Source: Candidatus Saccharimonadota bacterium (GTDB lineage Bacteria > Patescibacteriota > Saccharimonadia > Saccharimonadales > JAGQNJ01). Taken from it: a stretch of DNA of 64,000 nucleotides. Shown piece by piece: positions 20,770-29,354 of the stretch (position 1 is the first letter of the stretch; each line of letters starts with the position of its first letter). The notes under the pieces are model-generated. The model saw only the letters and a program-made list of their open reading frames with translations, ran no database searches and had not been told where the DNA came from. A program made the position numbers and the translations under genes. The stretch lies in assembly GCA_036826295.1 (NCBI GenBank), contig DAISWO010000002.1:13963-77962 (forward strand), in the 5' to 3' direction.

Positions 20770-21318
20770 ATGAGTAATGCGTTACAAGAACTAGGAAATT
20801 CTTACAAAAAAACCAAAGTCGTTGACGTTCGATCTGGTGATACGGTTCGTGTGCACCAAAAGATTAAGGAAGGTGCCAAGGAACGTATTCAGATTTTTGA
20901 AGGCCTAGTAATCAGAACCGATAACAAGAACAGCCATTTATCTCGAGTCACTGTTCGGCGAGTTACTAGTGGTGTAGGTGTAGAAAAATCATATCTGTTG
21001 CACTCTCCACTCGTTATGAAAGTTGAAGTTGTAAAGCGAAGTAAAGTCCGCCGTAAGTATCTTAGCTATATGCGAGCATTGACCGGTAAATCTGCGCGAT
21101 TAACTGGCGTAAAGTTTGATAAAGAAGGTGTAAACTCTGTAATTGATGAAAAAGCTGCCGAACAAGAACGAAAGCTACATGAAGAACAACAGGCTAAACA
21201 CGAAGCCGAGCAAGCGAAAAAAGCTGAAGAAGAAGCCAAAGTCGAAGCAAAAGTAGAACAAGCCAAAGCTCAACACGAAGAAGTCGAAAAAACCGAAGAA
21301 TCTGCTCAAAAAAAATAA
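20770..21318 (+). CDS. rplS: 50S ribosomal protein L19 with K/E/A-rich C-terminal extension
   Basis: L19 core (GDTVRVHQKIKEG...ERIQIFEG). ATG at 20770 is preferred over the TTG at 20761. Confidence 0.9.
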   Translation: MSNALQELGNSYKKTKVVDVRSGDTVRVHQKIKEGAKERIQIFEGLVIRTDNKNSHLSRVTVRRVTSGVGVEKSYLLHSPLVMKVEVVKRSKVRRKYLSYMRALTGKSARLTGVKFDKEGVNSVIDEKAAEQERKLHEEQQAKHEAEQAKKAEEEAKVEAKVEQAKAQHEEVEKTEESAQKK

Positions 21319-21394
21319 CATCCCAAAGAAATATTAGTTCTTAATTGTAAGACTATGAAAGACTATATCTGCTACGTTGTAGTATAATTATTTA

Positions 21395-21697
21395 ATGGCG
21401 TATGGAGAACCAAATCAGCAGGATGGAAGTTTTAAAGGTCCTGGACAAGGATCTCCACCTTCCAGCTTTAATTTGCCACTTGATTTACGGAATGCTAGAA
21501 AAAGGAATTCTTTATGGATTGCTCAATTTAGGAGCGATGATCCGGTAGCCCAAGCAATCTTAGGGCAAGAAATCCAAGATCTTACTTATGCACATACTGG
21601 ACAGACAGTTACAGAGCTAAAAGAAGCTGAGGATGCTTACTATACAAGAATGATGCAAGCCGATTTAGGATCTACTGCCGTACATGGTGGGGATTGA
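21395..21697 (+). CDS. hypothetical protein, 100 aa
   Basis: TATAAT (21383-21388) lies 6 nt before the ATG. The 3' end overlaps rnhB by 14 nt in another frame. Confidence 0.4.
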   Translation: MAYGEPNQQDGSFKGPGQGSPPSSFNLPLDLRNARKRNSLWIAQFRSDDPVAQAILGQEIQDLTYAHTGQTVTELKEAEDAYYTRMMQADLGSTAVHGGD

Positions 21698-22238
21698 CGA
21701 AGTAGGCCGAGGGGCTTGGGCTGGACCGCTACTAGTAGTGGCGGCAAGAGCAGAAAAGACACTACCTGTAGGGCTAATGGATTCTAAAGTATTATCAAAG
21801 AAAAAGCGTGAAGAACTGCTACCGATCCTTAAAAAAACATGTGATTTTGGTGAAGGTTGGGTTAGTAATGTAGAAATAGATAAACTAGGCTTAACTAAAG
21901 CAATGAAGTTGGGAGTAAAACGAGCGCTCTTAGCTCTTGGCTGTCAGCAGTCGGCTCTAATTATTATGGACGGCTCAATAAATTACTGTTCTGATGAGTA
22001 TACAAAAGTAGAGTGTGTCATAAAGGCCGATAGCTTGTATCCGATAGTCAGTGCCGCGAGCATTTACGCAAAAGTGATGCGAGATAATTTAATGCAAAAT
22101 CTGGCAGTCGAGTATCCAAAATATGGATTCGAAAAACACGTTGGATACGGTACAAGACTGCACGTAGACGGATTAAAGGAGTTTGGGGTGTGCGAACTGC
22201 ATCGTATGTCATACAGGCCGGTAGCAGGTTTTGCGTGA
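21684..22238 (+). CDS. rnhB: ribonuclease HII
   Basis: GIDEVGRGAWAGPL and DSK motifs. Confidence 0.9.
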   Translation: MVGIDEVGRGAWAGPLLVVAARAEKTLPVGLMDSKVLSKKKREELLPILKKTCDFGEGWVSNVEIDKLGLTKAMKLGVKRALLALGCQQSALIIMDGSINYCSDEYTKVECVIKADSLYPIVSAASIYAKVMRDNLMQNLAVEYPKYGFEKHVGYGTRLHVDGLKEFGVCELHRMSYRPVAGFA

Positions 22239-22579
22239 GTACGACAAGCATTGGGCGACAAGCAGAAGATGCTGCGGCTGATTATCTCAAACAAAATGGT
22301 TATAAAATACTAGATCAGAACTGGCGGACACGCTGGTGCGAAATCGATATTGTGGCACAAAAAGGTAAGATTATTTCATTCGTCGAAGTAAAATATAGAA
22401 AATCGACCGATTTTGGCGGTGGTCTAGAATATATAACTCCGAAGAAACAACAACAGATGGCATTTGCTGCAGAGTTTTGGGTTAGCAGTAATAAATGGAA
22501 AGGCGACTACAATCTCTCTGCTGTCGAAGTTACTGGGCTAAAGTTTGAGATTACTGAATTTCTTGAAGGTATTCTTTAA
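22235..22579 (+). CDS. yraN: YraN-family (UPF0102) endonuclease
   Basis: GRQAEDAAADYL...CEIDIVA...FVEVKYR motifs. The GTG at 22235 overlaps the rnhB stop (GTGA) and is preferred over the track start at 22190. Confidence 0.8.
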   Translation: MSTTSIGRQAEDAAADYLKQNGYKILDQNWRTRWCEIDIVAQKGKIISFVEVKYRKSTDFGGGLEYITPKKQQQMAFAAEFWVSSNKWKGDYNLSAVEVTGLKFEITEFLEGIL

Positions 22580-25106
22580 TTTTGTGTTCGTCGCGTTTGC
22601 GCCATGCGATTCGGGCGTCGATATCTGCGAGGCCAATTTCAATATTTTGTTTTAAGGTTTTGTTGGATAAGTGAGGGATAAATAGATCCTCGTATTGCTT
22701 TTTTTGTTCATTCGTAGTTACTACGCTAGCAAAGTACGAAGGTAGATAATCAAAAGATTTGCTGTCACCAATTTGTTTCTCTACCCAATCCCAGTTATCG
22801 ACAACATAATCCCACATGACATCTCTAATGTGATGGTTTCGGAGGAATAATACAATCCAGCGAGTCAGGTCTTGCGGACGTACAAAACCTTTTTCGCCAA
22901 GAGCCTTTTCGATAATTGAGCTTGCAGATTTTGGATCTCTAGTACTAGACAGTGCTCCAGTGATATCCATTTGCACATCTGGTGAAGCATCTTCGTATTT
23001 TGATGCAAGGTCGTCAATGACTTTCTTGCCATTTTCTCTGACTGCAGCACTAAGAATCACAGACCTGAGCTCTGAGGGTATATTATCTAGATTTTTCGCT
23101 TCATACATTGAAATTGCCTGTTTAATTGATTTCTTGTCATCAGCTCCGACCATAACAGCAATTAATGTTCTTCTAAATTGCTTCTGGTTAGCATCATCAG
23201 ATTCTGTGTCGTTCCAACCAAGCTCTTTCAAATGACTACCGGCAAGTTCAACTTTTATCTTTTTCAAACTGTTTTCGCAGTCTTTATCGCCTTCTGTTAA
23301 TTGGTGGGCTGCGCCGATTATTCGTAGCATGGTAGCCCACACAGAGTCTCGTTGTTCTGGCTGGTTAGCGACAACTATCTTTAGCCCGTCAACAATCGTA
23401 TTGTCACCCCTTCTGGCTAGCATATACATATCATTAAGGGTGTTAATTCGACCTTCCGCAGGCATGGAGTCGTCATGCAAGGCTTTGGCTACAGTTTTTT
23501 TATGATCGGCTGATTGGTAGTCAACAAAATAGTGCCCGCTCCCATGGGTGTTGAAAAGCGTATTAACATCACCATCGACTGTAATTTCAGATTCTTTCAT
23601 TATTTTGTTATGTATTGAGGTATTGGCAAGTAGTGGTATAGGCCAAACTGAGCTGGATTCTTCGTCAGAATCGAGCAGAAAGCGCTGTTGTTTTAGTTTG
23701 AGACCATTCTCGGACTCATTAACGTGAAGTACGGGCATTCCTGGTTGTGTTATCCAAGCATCCATCAATGCGGGGACATCGTGTTTTGTTACAGAGCCCA
23801 AGCATTCCCAGAGGTCATTTCTTGTAGCATTACTGTATGCAAACTTTTCGAAGTACTTTTTTAGTCCTATACGGAAATCTGTGTCTCCGATATATTCGCG
23901 GAGCATTTTTAATAAACGCCCACCTTTGGCGTAGACAATTCCGGGGTCGAATAGAGTTTCGATTAGTTCGGGATCATTGACGTCTATCGACACCGGCTGA
24001 ATGTTCTTGTAGACATCTCGACTAGATGTAGACAGAACGTCCTGAGAGGTATATAACTCCCATTGATTCCATTCTGGGTGAATTTCATCCAAGGCGATAT
24101 GTTCCATGACACTAGCGAAGCTCTCGTTAAGCCAAAGATCATCCCACCATTTCATGGTGACTAGATTGCCAAACCATTGATGTGATATCTCGTGAGCAAT
24201 TACTAGGCTGACATATTGCTCGGTAGAAATTGAACGATTCTTAGGATCGGCTAGGAGTACGATCTCGCGGTAGGTAATTAGTCCCCAGTTTTCCATCGCC
24301 CCAGCGTCAAAATCAGGCAAGGCGACCATGTCGAGTTTTTCAAGGGGGTAAGGAGTTTGAAAATAGTCGGTAAAGAACTCTAGAATCTTAATTCCTTCTT
24401 CAACAGAATATTGCAGATGGCTTTTATCTCTGGCGGTACAAGCCCAACTTCTTATGGTAGTTCCATCTTTAGTTTTACCCTCACAAAAATTCATGTCACC
24501 ACAGACAAAAGCTAAAAGGTAAGTGGACATAACAGGAGTTGTCTTGAAAGTTGTAGCTTTGCGGTTCTTAATGTTTTTTACGCTCTGCTCGCTAGTATTT
24601 GATAAAACTTTGTCTGTCTTGTCAGTAATGAGTGTCAGGTCAAAGGTCGCTTTAGCTGCTGGTTCATCTATACAAGGGAAGGCTTTACGAGCATGATGAC
24701 TTTCGAACTGTGTAGCTATCAGACTTTTCTTTATATTCTTTTCGGTGAAAGAGCTTGAATAAATCCCGAGCATTTGTTCGCTTATTTTCGCCACAAACTT
24801 AATAGTAATTATATATTCACCGGGATAAATCAGCTCGTCAGTGTGGATTCTTACCTCGTGCAATGATTTGTGGGTATTTACCCTGCTAACTTTGACGGCA
24901 ATATTTTGTTTTTTGTTGTGTAATGAGGCGCAAATAATCTTAAGATTCTGTTGATGTAATGTAATTCTTTTACTAGGTCTGCCAACTTTTTTACCTGAAA
25001 TAGTTACTTGTCCTGATACTGAACTTGTTGTTTTATCAATATCAAGTATCAAGTTGTAGTTACTAGGCACAAATTGTTTGATTAGATGATCGACTTTCTT
25101 TGCCAT
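22551..25106 (-). CDS. pepN: M1-family aminopeptidase N
   Basis: GAMENWG exopeptidase motif and HEISHQWFGN-x18-E zinc site. Confidence 0.92.
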   Translation of the reverse strand: MAKKVDHLIKQFVPSNYNLILDIDKTTSSVSGQVTISGKKVGRPSKRITLHQQNLKIICASLHNKKQNIAVKVSRVNTHKSLHEVRIHTDELIYPGEYIITIKFVAKISEQMLGIYSSSFTEKNIKKSLIATQFESHHARKAFPCIDEPAAKATFDLTLITDKTDKVLSNTSEQSVKNIKNRKATTFKTTPVMSTYLLAFVCGDMNFCEGKTKDGTTIRSWACTARDKSHLQYSVEEGIKILEFFTDYFQTPYPLEKLDMVALPDFDAGAMENWGLITYREIVLLADPKNRSISTEQYVSLVIAHEISHQWFGNLVTMKWWDDLWLNESFASVMEHIALDEIHPEWNQWELYTSQDVLSTSSRDVYKNIQPVSIDVNDPELIETLFDPGIVYAKGGRLLKMLREYIGDTDFRIGLKKYFEKFAYSNATRNDLWECLGSVTKHDVPALMDAWITQPGMPVLHVNESENGLKLKQQRFLLDSDEESSSVWPIPLLANTSIHNKIMKESEITVDGDVNTLFNTHGSGHYFVDYQSADHKKTVAKALHDDSMPAEGRINTLNDMYMLARRGDNTIVDGLKIVVANQPEQRDSVWATMLRIIGAAHQLTEGDKDCENSLKKIKVELAGSHLKELGWNDTESDDANQKQFRRTLIAVMVGADDKKSIKQAISMYEAKNLDNIPSELRSVILSAAVRENGKKVIDDLASKYEDASPDVQMDITGALSSTRDPKSASSIIEKALGEKGFVRPQDLTRWIVLFLRNHHIRDVMWDYVVDNWDWVEKQIGDSKSFDYLPSYFASVVTTNEQKKQYEDLFIPHLSNKTLKQNIEIGLADIDARIAWRKRDEHKIKEYLQEIQ

Positions 25107-25144
25107 ATAGAAATATATACTAACATGTCCTAGCGTGGGTTAGC

Positions 25145-25173
25145 TTGACTGTCTATCGAGCTACTGATATTAT
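25145..25173 (+). promoter_or_regulatory. candidate promoter upstream of nusA (TTGACT-17-TATTAT)
   Basis: Hexamers at 25145-25150 and 25168-25173. Confidence 0.5.
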
Positions 25174-25184
25174 AGATTCAGTTC

Positions 25185-25208
25185 AGTCGGCCGGAAGGTC
25201 GACTTTTT
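25185..25208 (+). terminator. intrinsic-terminator-like hairpin in the nusA leader
   Basis: AGTCGGCC-GGAA-GGTCGACT forms an 8-bp stem with one G.U pair and a GNRA loop. It is followed by TTTTT and lies about 5 nt after the predicted TSS. Confidence 0.5.
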
Positions 25209-25234
25209 AAATGCTAAACGAAAGGAAAAAAATA

Positions 25235-26452
25235 ATGGATTTAGATATGAAACAACTAGCGCTGGCCGTAAGGACTATCGCGGAAGAAAAGAACTTACCA
25301 GAAGAAACAGTTAAAGAGAGTGTAGAACAAGCTTTAGCTGCAGCTTATAAAAGAGATTATGGTGATCGCGAACAGGAAGTCCGAGTTACTATGAATCTTA
25401 ATACGGGCGATATTGATGCTTACGTCACAAAAGATGTGGTAGAAAAAGTTGAAGACGACAAAATTGAGATTAGTATTCGTGATGCCAGTGTTATGAAAAA
25501 GGATGCAAAAGTCGGAGATCAAATCGAAGTCCACCAGACAGTCGAAAGTTTTGGGCGAGTAGCAGCACAGACTGCCAAGCAGGTGATTTTGCAAAAACTT
25601 CGAGAGAGCGAGCGTGAAATCATCTTGGCCGAATACGAAGACAAAATTGGTACAGTTATTAACGGAATCGTATCTCGAGTAGAGGGACGACTAGTGCGTG
25701 TTGATATTGGTAAAGCGCAAGGAATAATGCCTGTTAGCGAACAGATACAGGGCGAACATTACTACAGCGGCCAAAGAGTAAAAGTATACCTAAAAGACGT
25801 CGAGCGCGGACTTCGAGGGCCTCAGTTAATAGTGTCTCGAGGTAATACAGAGTTTATTGAATGGTTATTCCAGAACGAAGTGCCAGAGATGGAGAGCGGC
25901 GCTGTAGAAATCAAAAAAATTGCTCGAGAAGCCGGAGTTAGAACAAAACTTGCTGTTAATTCAACAGTTCCTGGTGTTGATCCTGTAGGAACATTTGTTG
26001 GTGGTCACGGTACTAGAGTGAACGCCGTTATGAGCGAAGTGGGCGAGCAAGAAAAAATTGATATCGTAGTGTGGGATGATGACGTAAAGCAATTCATCAT
26101 AAATGCACTCAGTCCAACAAAAGTTACTAAAGTAGAATTAGATGAAGCAACGAAAAAAGCTAAAGTTTTCGTACCTGAGGATCAGCTATCCATTGCTATC
26201 GGAAAGAGCGGACAAAACGTTAGACTTGCGAGCAAAATATCTGGATTTGAACTCGATATTGAAGGCGACAAAGCAAAGGTTGAAGAAACGACTTCTGCTG
26301 ACGAGAAGCCTGAAGTTTCAGCACCCGAACAAGCTAAGCCTGTTCATAAACCAGCAGAGACTGTTGACGCAAAACCTAAGAAGCTAAAGAAAAAAAGTGA
26401 GTTAGAGAGTAGCTTACTTGATGCTGTCGAAGAACACGGTACTGAAGAATAA
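25235..26452 (+). CDS. nusA: transcription termination/antitermination factor NusA
   Basis: NusA N-terminal domain, S1 and two KH domains (GKSGQNVRLAS), plus a charged C-terminal tail. ATG at 25235 is preferred over 25211. Confidence 0.93.
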   Translation: MDLDMKQLALAVRTIAEEKNLPEETVKESVEQALAAAYKRDYGDREQEVRVTMNLNTGDIDAYVTKDVVEKVEDDKIEISIRDASVMKKDAKVGDQIEVHQTVESFGRVAAQTAKQVILQKLRESEREIILAEYEDKIGTVINGIVSRVEGRLVRVDIGKAQGIMPVSEQIQGEHYYSGQRVKVYLKDVERGLRGPQLIVSRGNTEFIEWLFQNEVPEMESGAVEIKKIAREAGVRTKLAVNSTVPGVDPVGTFVGGHGTRVNAVMSEVGEQEKIDIVVWDDDVKQFIINALSPTKVTKVELDEATKKAKVFVPEDQLSIAIGKSGQNVRLASKISGFELDIEGDKAKVEETTSADEKPEVSAPEQAKPVHKPAETVDAKPKKLKKKSELESSLLDAVEEHGTEE

Positions 26453-26475
26453 AAGAATAGGTAAATTACATAAAA

Positions 26476-26503
26476 GGCATTCTTGACCCATGTCAAGAAT
26501 GCC
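26476..26503. repeat. perfect palindrome GGCATTCTTGAC-CCAT-GTCAAGAATGCC (copy 1)
   Basis: Read directly: 12-bp arms and a 4-nt centre. On the minus strand it is followed by TTTTA. Confidence 0.85.
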
Positions 26504-26540
26504 AAACGTACATCATTACTAGAACAGCCCATAACAGCAT
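26493..26540 (-). CDS. candidate 15-codon hydrophobic micro-ORF (MLLWAVLVMMYVWHS)
   Basis: AGGAG (complement of 26547-26551) lies 6 nt upstream of the ATG. The stop lies inside the palindrome-1 hairpin. Not in the ORF track. Confidence 0.25.
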   Translation of the reverse strand: MLLWAVLVMMYVWHS

Positions 26541-26588
26541 ATATTGCTCCTATTTATTGCAGTCCTGATTAAAGAATGTTATTAAGCT

Positions 26589-26614
26589 GCACTCTTGACC
26601 CATGTCAAGACTGC
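26589..26614. repeat. palindrome GCACTCTTGAC-CCAT-GTCAAGACTGC (copy 2, one mismatched pair)
   Basis: The core TCTTGACCCATGTCAAGA is identical to copy 1, located 112 bp away. Its left arm equals the CIRCE left half plus TTGAC. Confidence 0.85.
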
Positions 26615-26766
26615 CAAGTACTTACATGCACTAATACATCTATCAGCGTACAGTTGACCTCTACTTTCTCCAGTCCAACCAGTAGTAGCCATAGCTACAA
26701 CTGGTTCAGGGCTTCAAAACTATAGTCCAACTGCATCACTGCTAACTGCATTATTGCACACAAGTA

Positions 26767-26793
26767 TTGGCACTCTTGACAGGAGAGTGCTAA
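26767..26793 (+). promoter_or_regulatory. CIRCE (HrcA-operator) element upstream of clpC
   Basis: TTGGCACTC-N9-GAGTGCTAA matches the consensus TTAGCACTC-N9-GAGTGCTAA at 17 of 18 positions. Confidence 0.8.
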
Positions 26794-26804
26794 TTTCATA
26801 ATAT
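26776..26804 (+). promoter_or_regulatory. candidate clpC promoter (TTGACA-17-TAATAT) embedded in CIRCE
   Basis: The -35 lies in the CIRCE spacer (26776-26781) and the -10 at 26799-26804. A 5' hairpin GTATACGA-TTATTG-TCGTATAC spans 26807-26828. Confidence 0.6.
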
Positions 26805-26855
26805 GGGTATACGATTATTGTCGTATACAAAATTAATTCGAGGGATAATTAATAC

Positions 26856-29330
26856 ATGCACCCAAATTCATCTGACTTTCAAGAGTTTCTCAATCACTTG
26901 ACCGAAAACGCTCTACAGAGTTTGCGCCACGCTGATGCTATTGCTAGAACCGCTAATAGCCCATACGTGGGCACCGAACATTTGCTCTTAGGTGTGTTAG
27001 CCCAAGAAGGCTCGCTGGGATCAAAAGTTTTAATCGATGCTGGAGTGACTCTTGATAAAGCTCGAGTATCACTTAAACTCAACCCTAATAATATCGTTAT
27101 TAATATCGGAGCAAAGGGATTAAGTGAAACGGCAAAACTAACACTAAAGATGGCATACGATGTAGCCCAAGAATTCAACCAAGAGTTCTGCGGTACTGAG
27201 CATATTGTTTATAGTATTTTGACTCAAAAAAATGCTAGAGCTACAGTACTAATCCGAGATATGAATGTCGATGTGGACAGACTAATTGGAGAGCTAGAAC
27301 AGTTTTTAAATAAGCAGCAATACGACGAGAATGGGCCAGTTGGATCACAAAAACGTGTTAAAAAAGGAAGAAAAACTGCTTTAGATTTTTTTGGAACTGA
27401 TTTGACGCTTCAGGCTAAAGAAAAAAAGCTTGACCCGGTCGTTGGCCGAGACCCACAAATCCGGCGCTTGATTACTATCCTTAATCGGCGTACTAAAAAT
27501 AACCCCGTTCTAATTGGAGAGCCTGGCGTAGGTAAGACTGCTATTGCTGAAGGTCTGGCTCAAAGAATTGTCAGTGAAGATGTACCGGATGGGTTGTTAG
27601 AGAAAAAGATTATTATGCTTGACCTCGCCGGAATGATTGCGGGGACAAAGTACAGAGGCGAGTTTGAGGATAGACTGAAAAAAGTTATGAACGAATTAGA
27701 GCGGGATAAGAATATTATTATTTTTATCGATGAGCTCCATTTGATAGTTGGCGCAGGAGCTGCTGAGGGTGCGATGGATGCGGGAAATATCCTAAAACCT
27801 GCGCTCGCAAGAGGTAAAATCCAGATGATTGGTGCCACTACCACAAATGAGTACACAAAGCATATTGAAAAAGATGCAGCCTTAGAGCGACGACTACAGC
27901 CGATTCAAGTCCCGGAGACGAATGTTAATGAGACTATAGCAATCTTAAAGGGCCTCCGAAAACATTATGAAGCGTTTCATGGAGTTACAATTAGCGATGA
28001 AGTTATAGTCGATACTGTACAGTTAGCCAAACGCTACATTAACGATAGATTTATGCCCGATAAAGCAATTGATTTGATTGATGAGACGGCCGCCCATCTA
28101 CGGCTAGACAAGGGTCGTACACCGCCGGAAGTACGAAGACTAAAACAAGAACTAAAACTTATCAATACTCGTATTGAAGACGCAGTTGACGCCGAAGATT
28201 ACGAAAGAGCAGCTCAGAATAAACAACGGGCCAGTCAAATCCAGGAAGAACTGAAAAAAATCCATTCTAAAGAGAAAGACAATAAGCGACTAGTCATGAA
28301 TAGCGAGGATGTTGCTGGTACTGTCGCTAGAATGACAGGAGTGCCAGCGCAGAAGGTCATTAGGTCAGAGGCAAAATATCTTATGAATTTGGAAAAATCG
28401 TTAGGTAATTATGTCATAGGTCAAGATGAAGCCGTTGAAGCCGTATCTAAAGCTATCAGACGAAATAGATCTGGGGTTGGTAGCGAAAAAAGGCCTGTTG
28501 GCTCATTCATCTTTCTTGGGCCTACGGGGGTTGGTAAGACTGAACTTGCACGAGTACTCGCTAGAGAATTTTACGGTTCAGAAGAGGCTTTAGTGAAAAT
28601 CGACATGAGTGAATTTAGCGAACGTCATACTGTGGCGCGGTTAGTTGGATCACCAGCCGGTTACGTTGGATACGATGATGGCGGACAGCTTACTGATAAG
28701 ATTAGGCGTCAACCGTATAGTCTAGTTTTGTTTGACGAGATTGAAAAAGCTCATCCAGAAGTCTTTAACATGTTGCTTCAGATACTTGAAGACGGGCACT
28801 TAACTGATGCCAAGGGCAGAAAAATTGATTTTACGAATACTATAGTGATTATGACTAGCAATATTGGAGCCGAAAAACTCCAAAAAGAAGCTTCATTTGG
28901 CTTTTCAGTTAACACTAGCAAGCAATTAGAGAATCTCGACGAGCTCCATAAAGCTAATAAAGATAAAGTGCTTGATGATCTAAAAAAGATGCTACGACCT
29001 GAACTATTAAATCGGATTGATAAGACAATAGTATTTCGGGCTTTAACTAAAAAAGATATTATCAGAATTCTTGATTTACAAGTTAATGAGTTAAAAGAGA
29101 GATTAGTGAAGCATGGTCTAAGCGTTAAATTATCGCCTCAGGCAAAACAGTACATGCTTGACAATGGTTATGATGCTAAAAACGGCGTCAGACCCCTCAG
29201 AAGGCTTCTGCAGGAAACTCTAGAGGATTATATTGCCACTGAGTTATTGTCGAATAAATACAAAAAAGGCGACATAATCTCAATCGATTCAAAAAAACGA
29301 GATTTGGTGTATAAAATCACATCTGAATAG
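26856..29330 (+). CDS. clpC: ATP-dependent Clp protease ATP-binding subunit ClpC
   Basis: Double Clp_N repeat, two AAA+ modules ([18 protein letters not shown]) and a short UVR-type linker. 824 aa. Confidence 0.92.
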   Translation: MHPNSSDFQEFLNHLTENALQSLRHADAIARTANSPYVGTEHLLLGVLAQEGSLGSKVLIDAGVTLDKARVSLKLNPNNIVINIGAKGLSETAKLTLKMAYDVAQEFNQEFCGTEHIVYSILTQKNARATVLIRDMNVDVDRLIGELEQFLNKQQYDENGPVGSQKRVKKGRKTALDFFGTDLTLQAKEKKLDPVVGRDPQIRRLITILNRRTKNNPVLIGEPGVGKTAIAEGLAQRIVSEDVPDGLLEKKIIMLDLAGMIAGTKYRGEFEDRLKKVMNELERDKNIIIFIDELHLIVGAGAAEGAMDAGNILKPALARGKIQMIGATTTNEYTKHIEKDAALERRLQPIQVPETNVNETIAILKGLRKHYEAFHGVTISDEVIVDTVQLAKRYINDRFMPDKAIDLIDETAAHLRLDKGRTPPEVRRLKQELKLINTRIEDAVDAEDYERAAQNKQRASQIQEELKKIHSKEKDNKRLVMNSEDVAGTVARMTGVPAQKVIRSEAKYLMNLEKSLGNYVIGQDEAVEAVSKAIRRNRSGVGSEKRPVGSFIFLGPTGVGKTELARVLAREFYGSEEALVKIDMSEFSERHTVARLVGSPAGYVGYDDGGQLTDKIRRQPYSLVLFDEIEKAHPEVFNMLLQILEDGHLTDAKGRKIDFTNTIVIMTSNIGAEKLQKEASFGFSVNTSKQLENLDELHKANKDKVLDDLKKMLRPELLNRIDKTIVFRALTKKDIIRILDLQVNELKERLVKHGLSVKLSPQAKQYMLDNGYDAKNGVRPLRRLLQETLEDYIATELLSNKYKKGDIISIDSKKRDLVYKITSE

Positions 29331-29354
29331 CAGAAGTTAGTTATAATAAATAGA

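Noticed and set aside
25185-25208. Possible SRP (4.5S) RNA, suggested by the CCGGAAGG/GGAA tetraloop hairpin
   Set aside because: Only a perfect 8-bp stem is present. The symmetric and asymmetric internal loops and extended helix of SRP domain IV are missing, and the predicted transcript would be only about 30 nt. It is better explained as a leader terminator.
26344-26532. 62-aa minus-strand ORF running from the spacer antisense into the nusA 3' end
   Set aside because: It has no SD and reads through the palindrome-1 terminator-like hairpin into antisense nusA sequence. The shorter SD-preceded 15-codon frame is the only minus-strand candidate worth testing.
26476-26614. CRISPR array or CtsR operator interpretation of the twin palindromes, and the two 10-codon plus-strand mini-ORFs (MSRMPNVHHY, MSRLPSTYMH) that start in their loops
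   Set aside because: There are only two copies, 112 bp apart, and no cas genes, so this is not a CRISPR array. CtsR boxes are direct heptad repeats (GGTCAAA-NAN-GGTCAAA), whereas these are inverted repeats. The mini-ORFs lack an SD, and their ATG is buried in the hairpin, so the shared stop position is probably a by-product of sequence duplication.
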